From the NCBI GenBank assembly GCA_963778645.1, contig CAVZVH010000026.1, forward strand, positions 723,841-787,840: 64,000 bases of DNA, given 5' to 3'. The notes beneath the pieces are model-generated. The model saw nothing but the letters and a program-made list of their open reading frames with translations, was not told where the DNA came from and ran no database searches. Positions within the stretch are counted from its first letter, which is position 1. Every line of letters begins with the position of its first letter. Position numbers and translations under genes: made by a program. Shown here one piece after another: positions 39,579 to 51,729 of this stretch. The stretch is from an uncultured Chloroflexia bacterium (GTDB lineage Bacteria > Chloroflexota > Limnocylindria > Limnocylindrales > CSP1-4).

Positions 39579-40514
39579 ATGTCGCCTTCGATCGGGAGCT
39601 GCCCCGCTTGCGGTTCTGATTGGCTCCCAAGCCCCACCAGCATCAGGGTCGAAGGCTTCGTCATCGAGCGTTGCTCGTCCTGCGGACTTGGGAGGCTCCG
39701 GGAGCCGCCTGCTGACGAGGAGCTGGCCAGGCTCTACGCAGCCGACCTCTATGCCCCTGGCACCCCGAGGGCGTGGCCGCTGATCCGGTCGCTCCATCGC
39801 CGACTCAATCGCCGACTGCTCAGTCGGCTGGGGGAGCCGAGCGGACGCTTGCTCGACGTCGGCGCTGGTAAGGGACACTTCCTCGCCGCAGCCAGGGCCG
39901 CCGGCTGGGATGCCGATGGTCTCGAGTACTCGGCCACATCGGCAACGGCCGCCAGGAACCTCTACGGCGTCGAGGTGCGGGTCGCGGACTTCATGGCCCT
40001 GCCGCCCTGGCCGGCCCACTACGATGTGCTGTCGATGATCCACGTGCTGGAGCACCTGCCGGACCCCGGCCGCGCGCTAGATGTGGCGCGCACGCTGCTG
40101 ACGCCTGGAGGACGGATCCTCATCTCGGTCCCGAACGCGGCGAGTCTCCAGGCACGGTCGTTTGGGCGGCATTGGCTGCATCTCGACCTGCCCCGGCACC
40201 TGTTCCACTTCACGCCGCAGTCCCTCGCGATCCTCTTGCGACGGGCAGGCTTCTCCATGCTGCAGTCCGATACCTCATCGCCAGACATGGATGTGACCGG
40301 CTTCGTGCAGTCGACGCTGAATGTCGCAGGCTTCGAACGCAACGTCGCCCTTCGCTTCGTCAAGCGAGATGCGGCCGCAGGAAGCATCCGGGGCACCCTC
40401 GGGCCTCTCGCGATCGCAGCCGCCGCCATCCCGGCCGCGGTCGGATGGTCGATCATCGCCCCCCGGCTCGGCGGTGGAGCGAGCATTCAAGTCGTCGCTC
40501 GCCTCGATCACTGA
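39579..40514 (+). CDS. Class I SAM-dependent methyltransferase with N-terminal Cys4 zinc ribbon (intact)
   Basis: Unbroken 311-aa ORF. Motifs are CPACGSDW...CSSCGLG, LLDVGAGKGHFLAAARAAGW, YDVLSMIHVLEHLPDP, LTPGGRILISVPN and WLHLDLPRHLFHFT. Confidence 0.8.
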   Translation: MSPSIGSCPACGSDWLPSPTSIRVEGFVIERCSSCGLGRLREPPADEELARLYAADLYAPGTPRAWPLIRSLHRRLNRRLLSRLGEPSGRLLDVGAGKGHFLAAARAAGWDADGLEYSATSATAARNLYGVEVRVADFMALPPWPAHYDVLSMIHVLEHLPDPGRALDVARTLLTPGGRILISVPNAASLQARSFGRHWLHLDLPRHLFHFTPQSLAILLRRAGFSMLQSDTSSPDMDVTGFVQSTLNVAGFERNVALRFVKRDAAAGSIRGTLGPLAIAAAAIPAAVGWSIIAPRLGGGASIQVVARLDH

Positions 40515-41710
40515 GACGTCGGCCGGCGGCCGGACCTCGGACGGACCATGCGGACGAACAGCGCCTCGTACTGGTCGGTGACGTGATCCCACGCAAAATG
40601 CAGCGCGAGCCCGATCGGCGGCCGCGGACCCGAGACGCTGACGTTCGGCCGCGTTACCAACCAGCTGACGAAGCTCCCCGGCAAGGGATCCAGGATCGTT
40701 GCGGTCGTAATACCGGCCCGTGTCACCGAGGACCTCGCGGTGTTCGGGCACGTCGTTGGCGACGATCGCCGCTCCGCGGCCCATCGCCTCGACCAGGGCC
40801 GGATGCGTGCCGCCGACCTCGGTCGCCTGGACGTAGGCCATGGCGTTCGACTGAAGCTCCGCATAACCCTCGCCGAAGACATATCCAGTGAGCGTGACGC
40901 CCGGAGTCTCTGCGGCGATCGCCTCGAGTGAGGCCTTATAGGCGGTCGCATATGGCGCGTCGCCGACGATGACCAGCGGCACGCCTAGCCGACAGCCCGC
41001 CGCCTGCGCGGTAGCCGTCGATGACCGTATGGGCGTGGTTCTCCGGTTCCAGTCGACTCACGTACAGGATGTAGCGACCCGCCTCGAGGCCCAGCCGGGC
41101 CAGCGTCTCGCCCGCGGGCAGGCGTCGTGCGTCCGATGCCGTACGGGATGTACACGGTCGCCTTGCCGTACCGCTCCTCGTACCAACGCGCGATGACCTG
41201 CGGCGTCAGATACCAGGACGATGGGCAGTTTCGGCGCCAGCCACGCGCAACGCCTTGTAGTACCAGCGACCAAGTCGGTTCCATTTGCCGCGCTCCCATT
41301 CGAGGCCGTCGACGTTGAGGACGACCCTTGCGCCCCCAAGGCGAGGCACCATGGCGAAGGGCGCGTTCGCGTTGTTGCAGATCAGGACGATGTCGAATCT
41401 TCGGAGCAGGCCGTCGACGACGACTCAGTGCTGTATGGGCGATCGTATCGAGATACTTGTGGCGGACTGACGGGCAGCACTCGAAGCCGCATCCCGCGGT
41501 GCTCACGGACGCCAGCCGGGACATGTGCGACCGACCGTAGACGGTGACGACATTCCGCGCGCTCGACGAGGCGGACGCCCAGCTGCTCCGCAAAGGTCTC
41601 GAAGCCGCCGTATGCCGCCGGCACGCCGCGCGTGCCCATGATCGCGATCCGGAGTGTGCGGGCGCCCGGATCGCCGAGCGTGAGCGTCCTGGTTGCGCAC
41701 GGCCCTTTCG

Positions 41711-41714
<4 letters not shown>
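40508..41714 (-). pseudogene. DUF1972-type GT4 glycosyltransferase, at least 5 frameshifts
   Basis: Pieces in three frames: LRIAIMGTRGVPAAYGGFETFAEQLGVRLVER, VTVYGRSH...RHKYLDTIAHTALS, DIVLICNNANAPFAMVPRLGGARVVLNVDGLEWERGKWNRLGRWYYKAL, PQVIARWYEERYGKATVYIPYG, YILYVSRLEPENHAHTVIDGY, VPLVIVGDAPYATAYK...GGTHPALVEAMGRGAAIVANDVPEH and HFAWDHVTDQYEALF. Confidence 0.7.
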
Positions 41715-44285
<2,571 letters not shown>

Positions 44286-44401
44286 CGACCGTACGTCCGT
44301 ACCAGTCGTGTCGGGACCGATGGTCCGCCGTCGGGACGCGACACCGATGCCACCATCGGCACGTGAGCGTTCGTCATCCCGTCGGCGACCGCGAGCCCGG
44401 C

Positions 44402-46558
44402 ATGTCCGGGTCCCGGCCGACCGCTCCGCCTCGCACCGGCCCCGGGCCGTCCGTCTTTCGACGACTGCTCGGCGGTCAGGTCGCAACGGCGCCCCTCCCG
44501 TCGGTCGCGGGCGATCGCTCGCTGGAGATCGAACTCGCCGAGCGCCTGGACTCGGTCCTCGGCATCGCCGAACGATTGGCCGCCTCCCACGACCGCCAGG
44601 AGCTCTTTCGAACGATCGTGGATGAGACCCGGCGGGCTCTTCGCGCCGACTGCACGACGATCCGCATCCTCCACGAGGACCGGCTGGACGTGGCCGCCTG
44701 GGCCGGCCTGTCGGATGAGATGGCGGCCCGTCTGCCGGTCTTCACGCGGGACGAAGGCTGGGTCGGCGAAGTCCTCCGGACGGGTCGGGTCCTGGCGTTT
44801 CCCGATGTCCGCCAGATCGACGCGTACGGCTTCGACCGCTACGCGGACGTCCTCCAATTCGCCGGCGAGCTCGTCGCGCCGCTCATCCACCACGACCGGG
44901 TCATCGGGGCGCTGACGGCGGTCACGTACGAGCCGCGCGACTGGACGAGTGGGGATGTCGCGTTCATCACCACGCTCGCGACGCACGCCGCCATCGCGCT
45001 GACCAACGCGGAGCTCTTCGAACAGACGGAGGCACGAGCGGCGCAGTTGGGCGTCCTGCAGGCGGCCTCCGCGCGGTTGAGCCGGGCCGGCTCGGTCGAG
45101 GAGATCGGCCGGACCGTCATCGAGGAGACCCGCCGGATCATCGACTACCACAACGCCCGGGTCTATGTGGTCGAGGCCGACGAGGTGGTCCCGATCGCCT
45201 TCGCGGGGATCGTCGGTGCCTACGAGCAGGTGGACCTCGCGCTCCTGCGCTGCCGTCTCGGCGAGGGCTTTACCGGCTGGGTCGCCCAGCACGGCGAGGC
45301 GCTGCTCATCAACGACGCGAACGCGGACACCCGCGGCGCGACGATCGCCGGCACCGAGGATGTCGACGAATCGATGCTCGTCGTCCCGATGCGCTACGAC
45401 CAGACCGTCGTCGGGGTCATCACGCTCTCGAAGCTCGGCCTCGACCAGTTCGATCCCGACGACCTGCGGCTCCTCACGATCCTCGCCGACCAGGCGGCCA
45501 CGGCGGTCGAATCGGCCCGGCTGCTGGCACGGACCCAGGACCTCGCCGGGGAGTTGCGCCGGCTCCTGGACATGAGCGCCGAGCTGTCGGAGAGCCTGGA
45601 TCCGCGACAGGTGGCGAACCTGATGGCCGGTCACCTGGCCCTGGCCATGGGCGTCGACGAGTGCGCCATCAGCTACTGGGACCGGCCCGCCGGCCGGGTC
45701 GAGTCGCTGGGCTACTACCCTCCCCTCAAGGTCGGGGAGATGGAGCCGTATTACGAGGTCGGGCGCTACCCCGAGACCCTTCGCGTCCTGGAGCGACAGG
45801 ACACGGTCATCATCGAGGCGGACGATCCCTCGGCCGACCCGGCCGAGGTCGCGCTCCTGAAACGCGAAGGCAACCATGTCCTGGCGATGCTGCCGCTCGT
45901 GGCGAAGGGGCAGTCGATCGGCCTCGTCGAGTTGTTCTCGAGGGCGACCATCACCTGGGACGCCGAACGACTGCAGCTGGGTCGGACCATGGCCAACGAG
46001 GCGGCCATGGCGCTCGAGAACGCCCGCCTGTACGAGGACGCCCGCAACCGCGCCGATCGCGACCCGTTGACCAACTTCTACAACCACCGGTTCCTGCATG
46101 AGCGGTTGGGCGAGGAAGTCGTCCGGGCGCAGCGGGCCAGGCAGCCGTTGAGCGTGCTGATGCTGGACCTCGACGACTTCAAGCTGGTGAACGACACGTT
46201 CGGCCACCTGTTCGGCGACCGGGTCCTGACCTGGACGGCGGAGCTCCTGCGGTCGACGTTGCGGGCGTCGGACGTGCCCGCCCGCTACGGCGGCGACGAG
46301 TTCGCGATCATCCTGCCCGAGACCGACGCGGCGGAGGCCCGGTCGGCCGCGAACCGCATGCTGGACGCCTTCCGCGACAACCCGTTCGTCGGCGAGCAGC
46401 GCGGGCCGGTGCCCATCGGCGCATCGATCGGGGTCGCGACGTTCCCCCTCGACGGCCGGACCGCCACGGACCTGATCCTCGCCGCCGACCGCGCCCTGTA
46501 CCAGGTCAAGCGAGGCGGTGGTCACGACGCCGCGGCCGCCTCCGACACGGCCGCCTGA
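44402..46558 (+). CDS. Multi-GAF sensor diguanylate cyclase (GGDEF)
   Basis: In frame with ORF 44159..46558; the start is ATG 44402 or GTG 44363. It has three GAF-like repeats, then DPLTNFYNHRFLHERL...LDLDDFKLVNDTFGHLFGD...RYGGDEFAIILP. I saw no EAL or HD-GYP domain. Confidence 0.85.
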   Translation: MSGSRPTAPPRTGPGPSVFRRLLGGQVATAPLPSVAGDRSLEIELAERLDSVLGIAERLAASHDRQELFRTIVDETRRALRADCTTIRILHEDRLDVAAWAGLSDEMAARLPVFTRDEGWVGEVLRTGRVLAFPDVRQIDAYGFDRYADVLQFAGELVAPLIHHDRVIGALTAVTYEPRDWTSGDVAFITTLATHAAIALTNAELFEQTEARAAQLGVLQAASARLSRAGSVEEIGRTVIEETRRIIDYHNARVYVVEADEVVPIAFAGIVGAYEQVDLALLRCRLGEGFTGWVAQHGEALLINDANADTRGATIAGTEDVDESMLVVPMRYDQTVVGVITLSKLGLDQFDPDDLRLLTILADQAATAVESARLLARTQDLAGELRRLLDMSAELSESLDPRQVANLMAGHLALAMGVDECAISYWDRPAGRVESLGYYPPLKVGEMEPYYEVGRYPETLRVLERQDTVIIEADDPSADPAEVALLKREGNHVLAMLPLVAKGQSIGLVELFSRATITWDAERLQLGRTMANEAAMALENARLYEDARNRADRDPLTNFYNHRFLHERLGEEVVRAQRARQPLSVLMLDLDDFKLVNDTFGHLFGDRVLTWTAELLRSTLRASDVPARYGGDEFAIILPETDAAEARSAANRMLDAFRDNPFVGEQRGPVPIGASIGVATFPLDGRTATDLILAADRALYQVKRGGGHDAAAASDTAA

Positions 46559-46577
46559 CCCCCGCCCTGACGCACGA

Positions 46578-46671
46578 GTAGTACGGAAGTACTACGTCAC
46601 CGAGGGCCAGTCGTACCAGCCACGGGACTGGACGGAACGTCTCCGGACCCGCATCCTTTACTTCCGACGTG
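46578..46671 (+). promoter_or_regulatory. Candidate structured leader upstream of the second GGDEF gene
   Basis: An unusually AT-rich palindrome GTAGTAC-ggaa-GTACTAC lies at 46578-46595. Its CGGAAGTA (46584-46591) is also complementary to TACTTCCG (46659-46666), 2 nt before the GTG at 46669. Confidence 0.25.
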
Positions 46672-47925
46672 ACCGAACCCACCCACCGCCGGACAAGCGA
46701 CGGCCTGATGCCAGACCAGCGCATCCGACGCTCCTGGTGGATCTTCGCCGACACGTTCATCCTGCTGACGGTCCTCCTGTTGGCGCGCCTGCTGACCGAT
46801 GGCGGGCGCTCGCTCGACTGGGTCGTGGCGGCGCTCGCACTGATCGTGGGGATCGCCGCGTTCCGTCATCGCCGGGCGGTCGCCGACCTGGAGGCGGGTC
46901 GACGAGCCGAGGCGGAGTCGTTCGCCCGGATCCTTTCGGGGCTGTCCCGCTCGGTCTCCGAGGACGCGATCGTCGGCGCGATCGTCGAGGAACTCGCGAG
47001 CACGGCCGGCGCGGATCACATCGTCGTCGCGCGCCGAAGTCCCGAGGCGAACGCCGTCGAGGCCACGCTCATCAGCGCGCGGCCGGGCGTGGCGCCGTCG
47101 ACGACCCTGTTGGCGGCTGCCGGACTCGATCGACCGCTCGTCAGGCCGGCGCGTCGACAGGTCGGTCTCCATGGTCGACCCGGATCGGCGGCGTCGATCG
47201 AGAGCGAGGCGGCCCAGGCCATCGCCGACCGGATCGCCGAGCAGGTCCGCAGCGCCTATGGGCTGACCCACATGCTGGCGGCGCCGCTGCGAGCACCCGA
47301 CGGGGTCGTGGGCGCCATCGTCATCTCGCGTCGTTCGGCGGAACCGTGGTCCGGCATGACCCGACGGCTCCTCAATGGCGCCGCACTCGAGGCGTCGGCC
47401 GCCCTGTCGCGGGCCGGCTCGCTTCGTACGGCCGAGATGCAGGCGTCGACGGATGCGCTCACCGGGCTGCCCAATCGTCGCTACTTCGACGAGTTCTGTG
47501 GGCTGCTGGCGCGTCGACGACGCGCCGAGGACGCCGTCGGCGTGCTCATGGTCGATATCGACCGGTTCAAGGTCCTCAACGACCGGTTCGGCCATGCGGC
47601 CGGTGACGACGTCCTCAAGGCGGTCGGGCGGGCCATCGTCGGGGCGGTGCGCGACGACGATGTGCCGGCGCGGTACGGCGGCGAGGAATTCGTCGTCCTG
47701 CTGCGCAACCCGAGCGAACCCGTCGCGCTCGAGATCGGCGAGCGCGTGCGCGAGAGCGTCGCGGCGCTCGACCTGTCGGCTCTCGGCATCCCGGCCGTCT
47801 CGGTGTCGGTCGGGGTCGCCGTCGCCGACCGCCCGGACCAGCCGATCGGCGAGCTCGTCGAGATCGCGGACCAGGCCCTCTACCGCGCCAAGCGGGCGGG
47901 GCGCGACCGGGTGGTCGCCGCGTAG
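46669..47925 (+). CDS. Membrane-anchored diguanylate cyclase (GGDEF)
   Basis: 418 aa; start is GTG 46669 or ATG 46708. It has two N-terminal TM helices and a GAF-like middle region. The catalytic part reads DALTGLPNRRYFDEF...VDIDRFKVLNDRFGHAAGD...RYGGEEFVVLL. Confidence 0.85.
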   Translation: MTEPTHRRTSDGLMPDQRIRRSWWIFADTFILLTVLLLARLLTDGGRSLDWVVAALALIVGIAAFRHRRAVADLEAGRRAEAESFARILSGLSRSVSEDAIVGAIVEELASTAGADHIVVARRSPEANAVEATLISARPGVAPSTTLLAAAGLDRPLVRPARRQVGLHGRPGSAASIESEAAQAIADRIAEQVRSAYGLTHMLAAPLRAPDGVVGAIVISRRSAEPWSGMTRRLLNGAALEASAALSRAGSLRTAEMQASTDALTGLPNRRYFDEFCGLLARRRRAEDAVGVLMVDIDRFKVLNDRFGHAAGDDVLKAVGRAIVGAVRDDDVPARYGGEEFVVLLRNPSEPVALEIGERVRESVAALDLSALGIPAVSVSVGVAVADRPDQPIGELVEIADQALYRAKRAGRDRVVAA

Positions 47926-47941
47926 CCGCTACCATCGGGCG

Positions 47942-49810
47942 GTGACCCACGAACCCCTCGAAGACCGACGCGACGGACGACGAACCGACGCTGACCAACG
48001 GCGACCTCGCGCGGATCTTCCACGAGATCGGCGACATGCTCGAGGTCAAGGGCGAGCTCGTGTTCAAGACCGTCGCCTACCACCGCGCCGCCGATGCGAT
48101 CGGGCGCAGTCCGGTCGACCTGGTGGCCGCCTACCGGTCCGGGACGCCGCCGCGCATCCCAGGCGTCGGGGCGGCGATCAGCGACAAGCTCGCCGAACTG
48201 GCCAGGACCGGCCACCTCGCGTTCTACGATCGGCTGCGCGCCGAGATCCCGCCCGGGCTCGTGGCGCTGCTGCAGATCCCGGGATTGGGCCCCAAGACCG
48301 TCCGTCAGCTCAACATGGAACTCAAGATCGAGTCGATCGAGGACCTGCGCGCAGCCGCGGATGCCGGCCTGTTGCGCGACCTGCGCGGGATGTCGGAGAA
48401 GACCGAAGCGCTCGTCCTCGAGGGGATCGCGCGCCTGGAATCGACGCCGCAGCGGATGCTCCTCGATCGGGCCGAGGAGCGCATCGACGAGCTGATGAGC
48501 GCCCTCGCGGACACCCCGGGCCTCCGTGGCGTGGAGCCGGCCGGATCGTTCCGCCGCCGGCTCGAGACGATCGGGGACCTGGACCTCCTCGCCGAGACGG
48601 ACGACGCCGGTGCCCTGATCGGGCGATTCACGTCGCTCGGGGTCGTCGACCACGTCGTGAACCAGGGTGGCTACAAGGCGGCCGTCCGGCTGATGCGCGG
48701 CCCCCAGGCCGACCTGATGGTCATGCCGCCCGGGCGAGGCCGGCACGTACCGCATCCACTTCACGGGCTCCAAGGAGCACAACGTCCGACTGCGGGCGAT
48801 GGCCCGTGACCACGGCTGGAGCCTCTCCGAGAAGGGCTTCCTGCGCATCGACGAGAAGGGCGAGCCGCTGACCGGCGACGCCGCCGAGCTGCGGACGTTC
48901 CCGACCGAGCCCGAGGCCTACGCGTTCCTCGGGTCTGCCGTTCATCGAGCCGGAGCTGCGCGAGGACGCCGGCGAGATCGAGGCGGCGCTCGCCGGTCGC
49001 CTGCCCGCCTGGTCACGCATCGACGACCTGCGCGGCGACCTGCACACGCACTCCGACTGGACCGACGGTGTCCACCCCATCGAGGTCAGATGGCCGAAGC
49101 CGCCCGACGGCGCGGCTACGCGTACCAGGTCCTGACCGACCACACCCAGTCGCTGGCCATCGCCCGCGGACTCCGGCCGGACCAGGTGGCCGAGCAGCGC
49201 GAGATCATCGCGGCGCTCAACGCCCGGTTCGCCGCCGAGGAGGCGGCCGGGCACCGCGCCGCCGGAGACGCCGGCCGGCGGGTTCCGGCTGCTGCATGGC
49301 TGCGAGCTGGAGATCCGGGCCGACGGGACGCTCGACTTCGAAGACGACCTGCTCGCCTCGTTCGACCTCGTCGTCGCGTCGCTCCACGTCTCGCGCCGAC
49401 AGCCGCGGGCGGACCTGACGCGGCGAACGCTGAACGCGATCCGGAGCCCGCACGTGGACGTCATCGCCCACCCGGCCGGCCGGATGATCGGCACGCGGGA
49501 CGATCTCGATCTCGAGTGGGACCAGGTCTACGCCGAGGCCGCCCGGACCGGCACCGTGCTGGAGATGAACGGATCGCCCCACCGGCTCGACCTGGCGGTC
49601 GAGCGAGCCCGTCGGGCGGTCGCCGATGGGTGCCTCCTGTCGGTCGACTCCGACGCCCACAAGACCGGCGAGCTCGACTACGTCCGGTGGGGCATCAGCC
49701 AGGCCCGCCGCGCGTGGGTCGAGCCCGCGAACGTCCTCAACACCCGCAACCGTGAGGACCTGCTCGCGTGGGTGGCCGCGAAGCCGACCGGACGTGAGGT
49801 CGGAGTGGCG
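47942..49810 (+). pseudogene. polX: DNA polymerase X family protein with PHP domain, at least 5 frame disruptions
   Basis: Pieces: GTG 47942 then (E)PSKTDATDDEPTLTNGDLARIFHEIGDMLEVKGELVFKTVAYHRAADAI...IPGLGPKTV...DLDLL...ADLMVMPP / GTYRIHFTGSKEHNVRLRAMARDHGWSLSEKGF...EAYAFLG / LPFIEPELRED...DLHTHSDWTDG / AEAARRRGYAYQVLTDHTQS / FRLLHGCELEIRADG...VVASLH...VDVIAHPAGR...SVDSDAH. Shifts lie near 47955, 48735, 48935, 49085 and 49270. There is no in-frame stop before 49811. Confidence 0.75.
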
Positions 49811-50660
49811 ATGAGCGTCTCGCGTACCATCCCCGCGATGGACGACCGACTCGCCCGCCGCGACCTCGCGCTGGCGGCGATGACCGTCGTCGGGCTGTCG
49901 CGCCTCATGGAGCCTCCGGCGCTGTGGCTGGTCGCGGTGCTGCTGCTCGTCGCGATGCTGTTCGGGACGCTCCAGGTGCTCGCCGACGAGAGTCATCCGG
50001 CCGAGGCCTTGGCCGGTGTCGCCATCGAAGCCCTGATCCTGCCGTCGGTCGCGGCGGTCGCCTGCCTCGGGGCCATCCGCCTCGTGCCGTTCGGCTTGTG
50101 GCTGATCCCGGCACTACTGGTCACCGGTCTGCTCGTCGCCCAGGCGCTGGCCATGGAGGCCAGGATCCACGCGGACCAGGAGGACCTCTCGTCAGCCGAT
50201 CGGACCTCGCTCCTGGTCACGATCCTGCTGATCGGGTTCCTGGGGTTCACCGGCGTCGCAGCGATGGTCCCGGGCGGCCTCGTCCAGCCGACCGCCGATG
50301 GCGGCGTCACGCCGCCGATCCCCGAGACCGACCTCCTGACGCTCGCGGCCGGGGACGCGGTCATCGCGTTCCTCCTTGGCTACCGGGCTGCCTCGTTGCG
50401 GCTCGTGACCCTTCGCGACGCCCTGTGGTCCGCGCTGACCTACGCCGCTCGCGATCGCGATCGGTGCCGCCGCCCTGCGCGCGATGGCGATCCCGCGCCT
50501 GATGGGGCCTGCCCTGCTGACGCTGGCCTTCTACCTGTGGGACGCGTTCCACGGGGCGTCGCCGGCCCGCCGCCGCGACATCAACTGGATCTGGCAGACG
50601 GTCCTGCTGGCGGGCCTCGGGGTCATCGTGGTCGCCTGGAACCTGCTCCTGCGCGGCTGA
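49811..50660 (+). pseudogene. Hypothetical polytopic membrane protein with a frameshift near 50447
   Basis: ATG 49811 follows GGAG. MSVSRTIPAMDDRLARRDLALAAMTVVGL... has about 6 hydrophobic helices in the ORF 49454..50713 frame. The last part (AIAIGAAALRAMAIPRLMGPALLTLAFYLWD...NLLLRG-stop at 50658-50660) is in another frame. Confidence 0.5.
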
Positions 50661-50719
50661 GCCACGGGGCGCGGCGCCCACCCGCGTTTGACGTGCCGGC
50701 CGGACGGTGCTAGAAAGCT

Positions 50720-51668
50720 ATGCCCGCGCAGCGGCCCGGCCGTGGCCGCGCGCCCCGAACCCGAACCGCCCGAACTTCGCCGCGCCCCGAAAGGACCAGC
50801 CACCCGTGACCTTCCGCCCGACGTCGAGACCACGCCCCAGAGCCCGGTCAATCTCACCCGCACCGAAGCGCCAGCTGGCCGACCAGGCCATCGCCCAGGC
50901 GTCCGCCGCCCAGTGGGCCGATGCCGCGGCCACGAACCGCAAGCTCCTCGAGCTCGGGCCGGACGCAGAGGCCGAGAACCGCCTCGCCAAGGCGCTCTGG
51001 GAGCTGGGTGAGCTCGCCTCCGCGCGCGAGCACTACCAGACGGCCCTCGCGCTCGATCCCGACCAACCGCATCGCCGAGCGCAACATCGACCGGCTCAAG
51101 ATGCTGCTGGTGGCCGCCGGCGAGAAGACCGTGCCCGGCCCAGGAGGGCAGCAAGGCCCCGGTCGGCATCTTCGTCGAGGAGACCGGCAAGACCGGGTTC
51201 GCCTTCCTGACCGACCTCCCCGACCCGCGCCAGCTGGCCCAGGTCAATCCGGGCGACAACGTCGAGCTGATGCCCGAGGGCAACCGGCTCATCGCCATCA
51301 GCAACGGCATGCGCATCGGCGTCGTCGAGCCGCGCGTCGCGGCCCGCCTCCTCAAGCTGATCGCCGACGGCAACAAGTACGCCGCCGGCGTCACGTCGCT
51401 CGGCGACAAGGACGTCCGGATCATCATCCGCGAGGTCTTCCAGGACCCGCGCAACTACGGCAAGGTCAGTTTCCCGACCGCGGCCAAGTCCACGGACCTG
51501 CGCCCGTACACGAAGGGCACGCTCGTCCGCGAGGAGATGGAGCTCGAGGACGACCTGGAGGACGACGAGGAGGACGAGGAGATCGAGGACCTCGATCGCG
51601 TCCTGCCGCCCGAGTCGACCACGGACGAGGCGTTCGAAGAGGAGCCCGACGAGCTCGACGAGGCGTAA
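50720..51668 (+). pseudogene. TPR-like protein with conserved-looking middle domain and acidic C-terminal tail, 2-3 frame disruptions; 5' end uncertain
   Basis: Pieces: QLADQAIAQASAAQWADAAATNRKLLELGPDAEAENRLAKALWELGELASAREHYQTALALDP / NRIAERNIDRLKMLL / KAPVGIFVEETGKTGFAFLTDL...MPEGNRLIAISNGMRIGVVEPRVAARLLKLIADGNKYAAGV...EEMELEDDLEDDEEDEEIEDL. Shifts lie near 51065 and 51110-51150. Confidence 0.5.
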
Positions 51669-51729
51669 GGGCCGCTGACCGCGACCCGAACCCGCTTGGG
51701 GGTATCGCCGGTCCGCTAGCATCCTGTTG

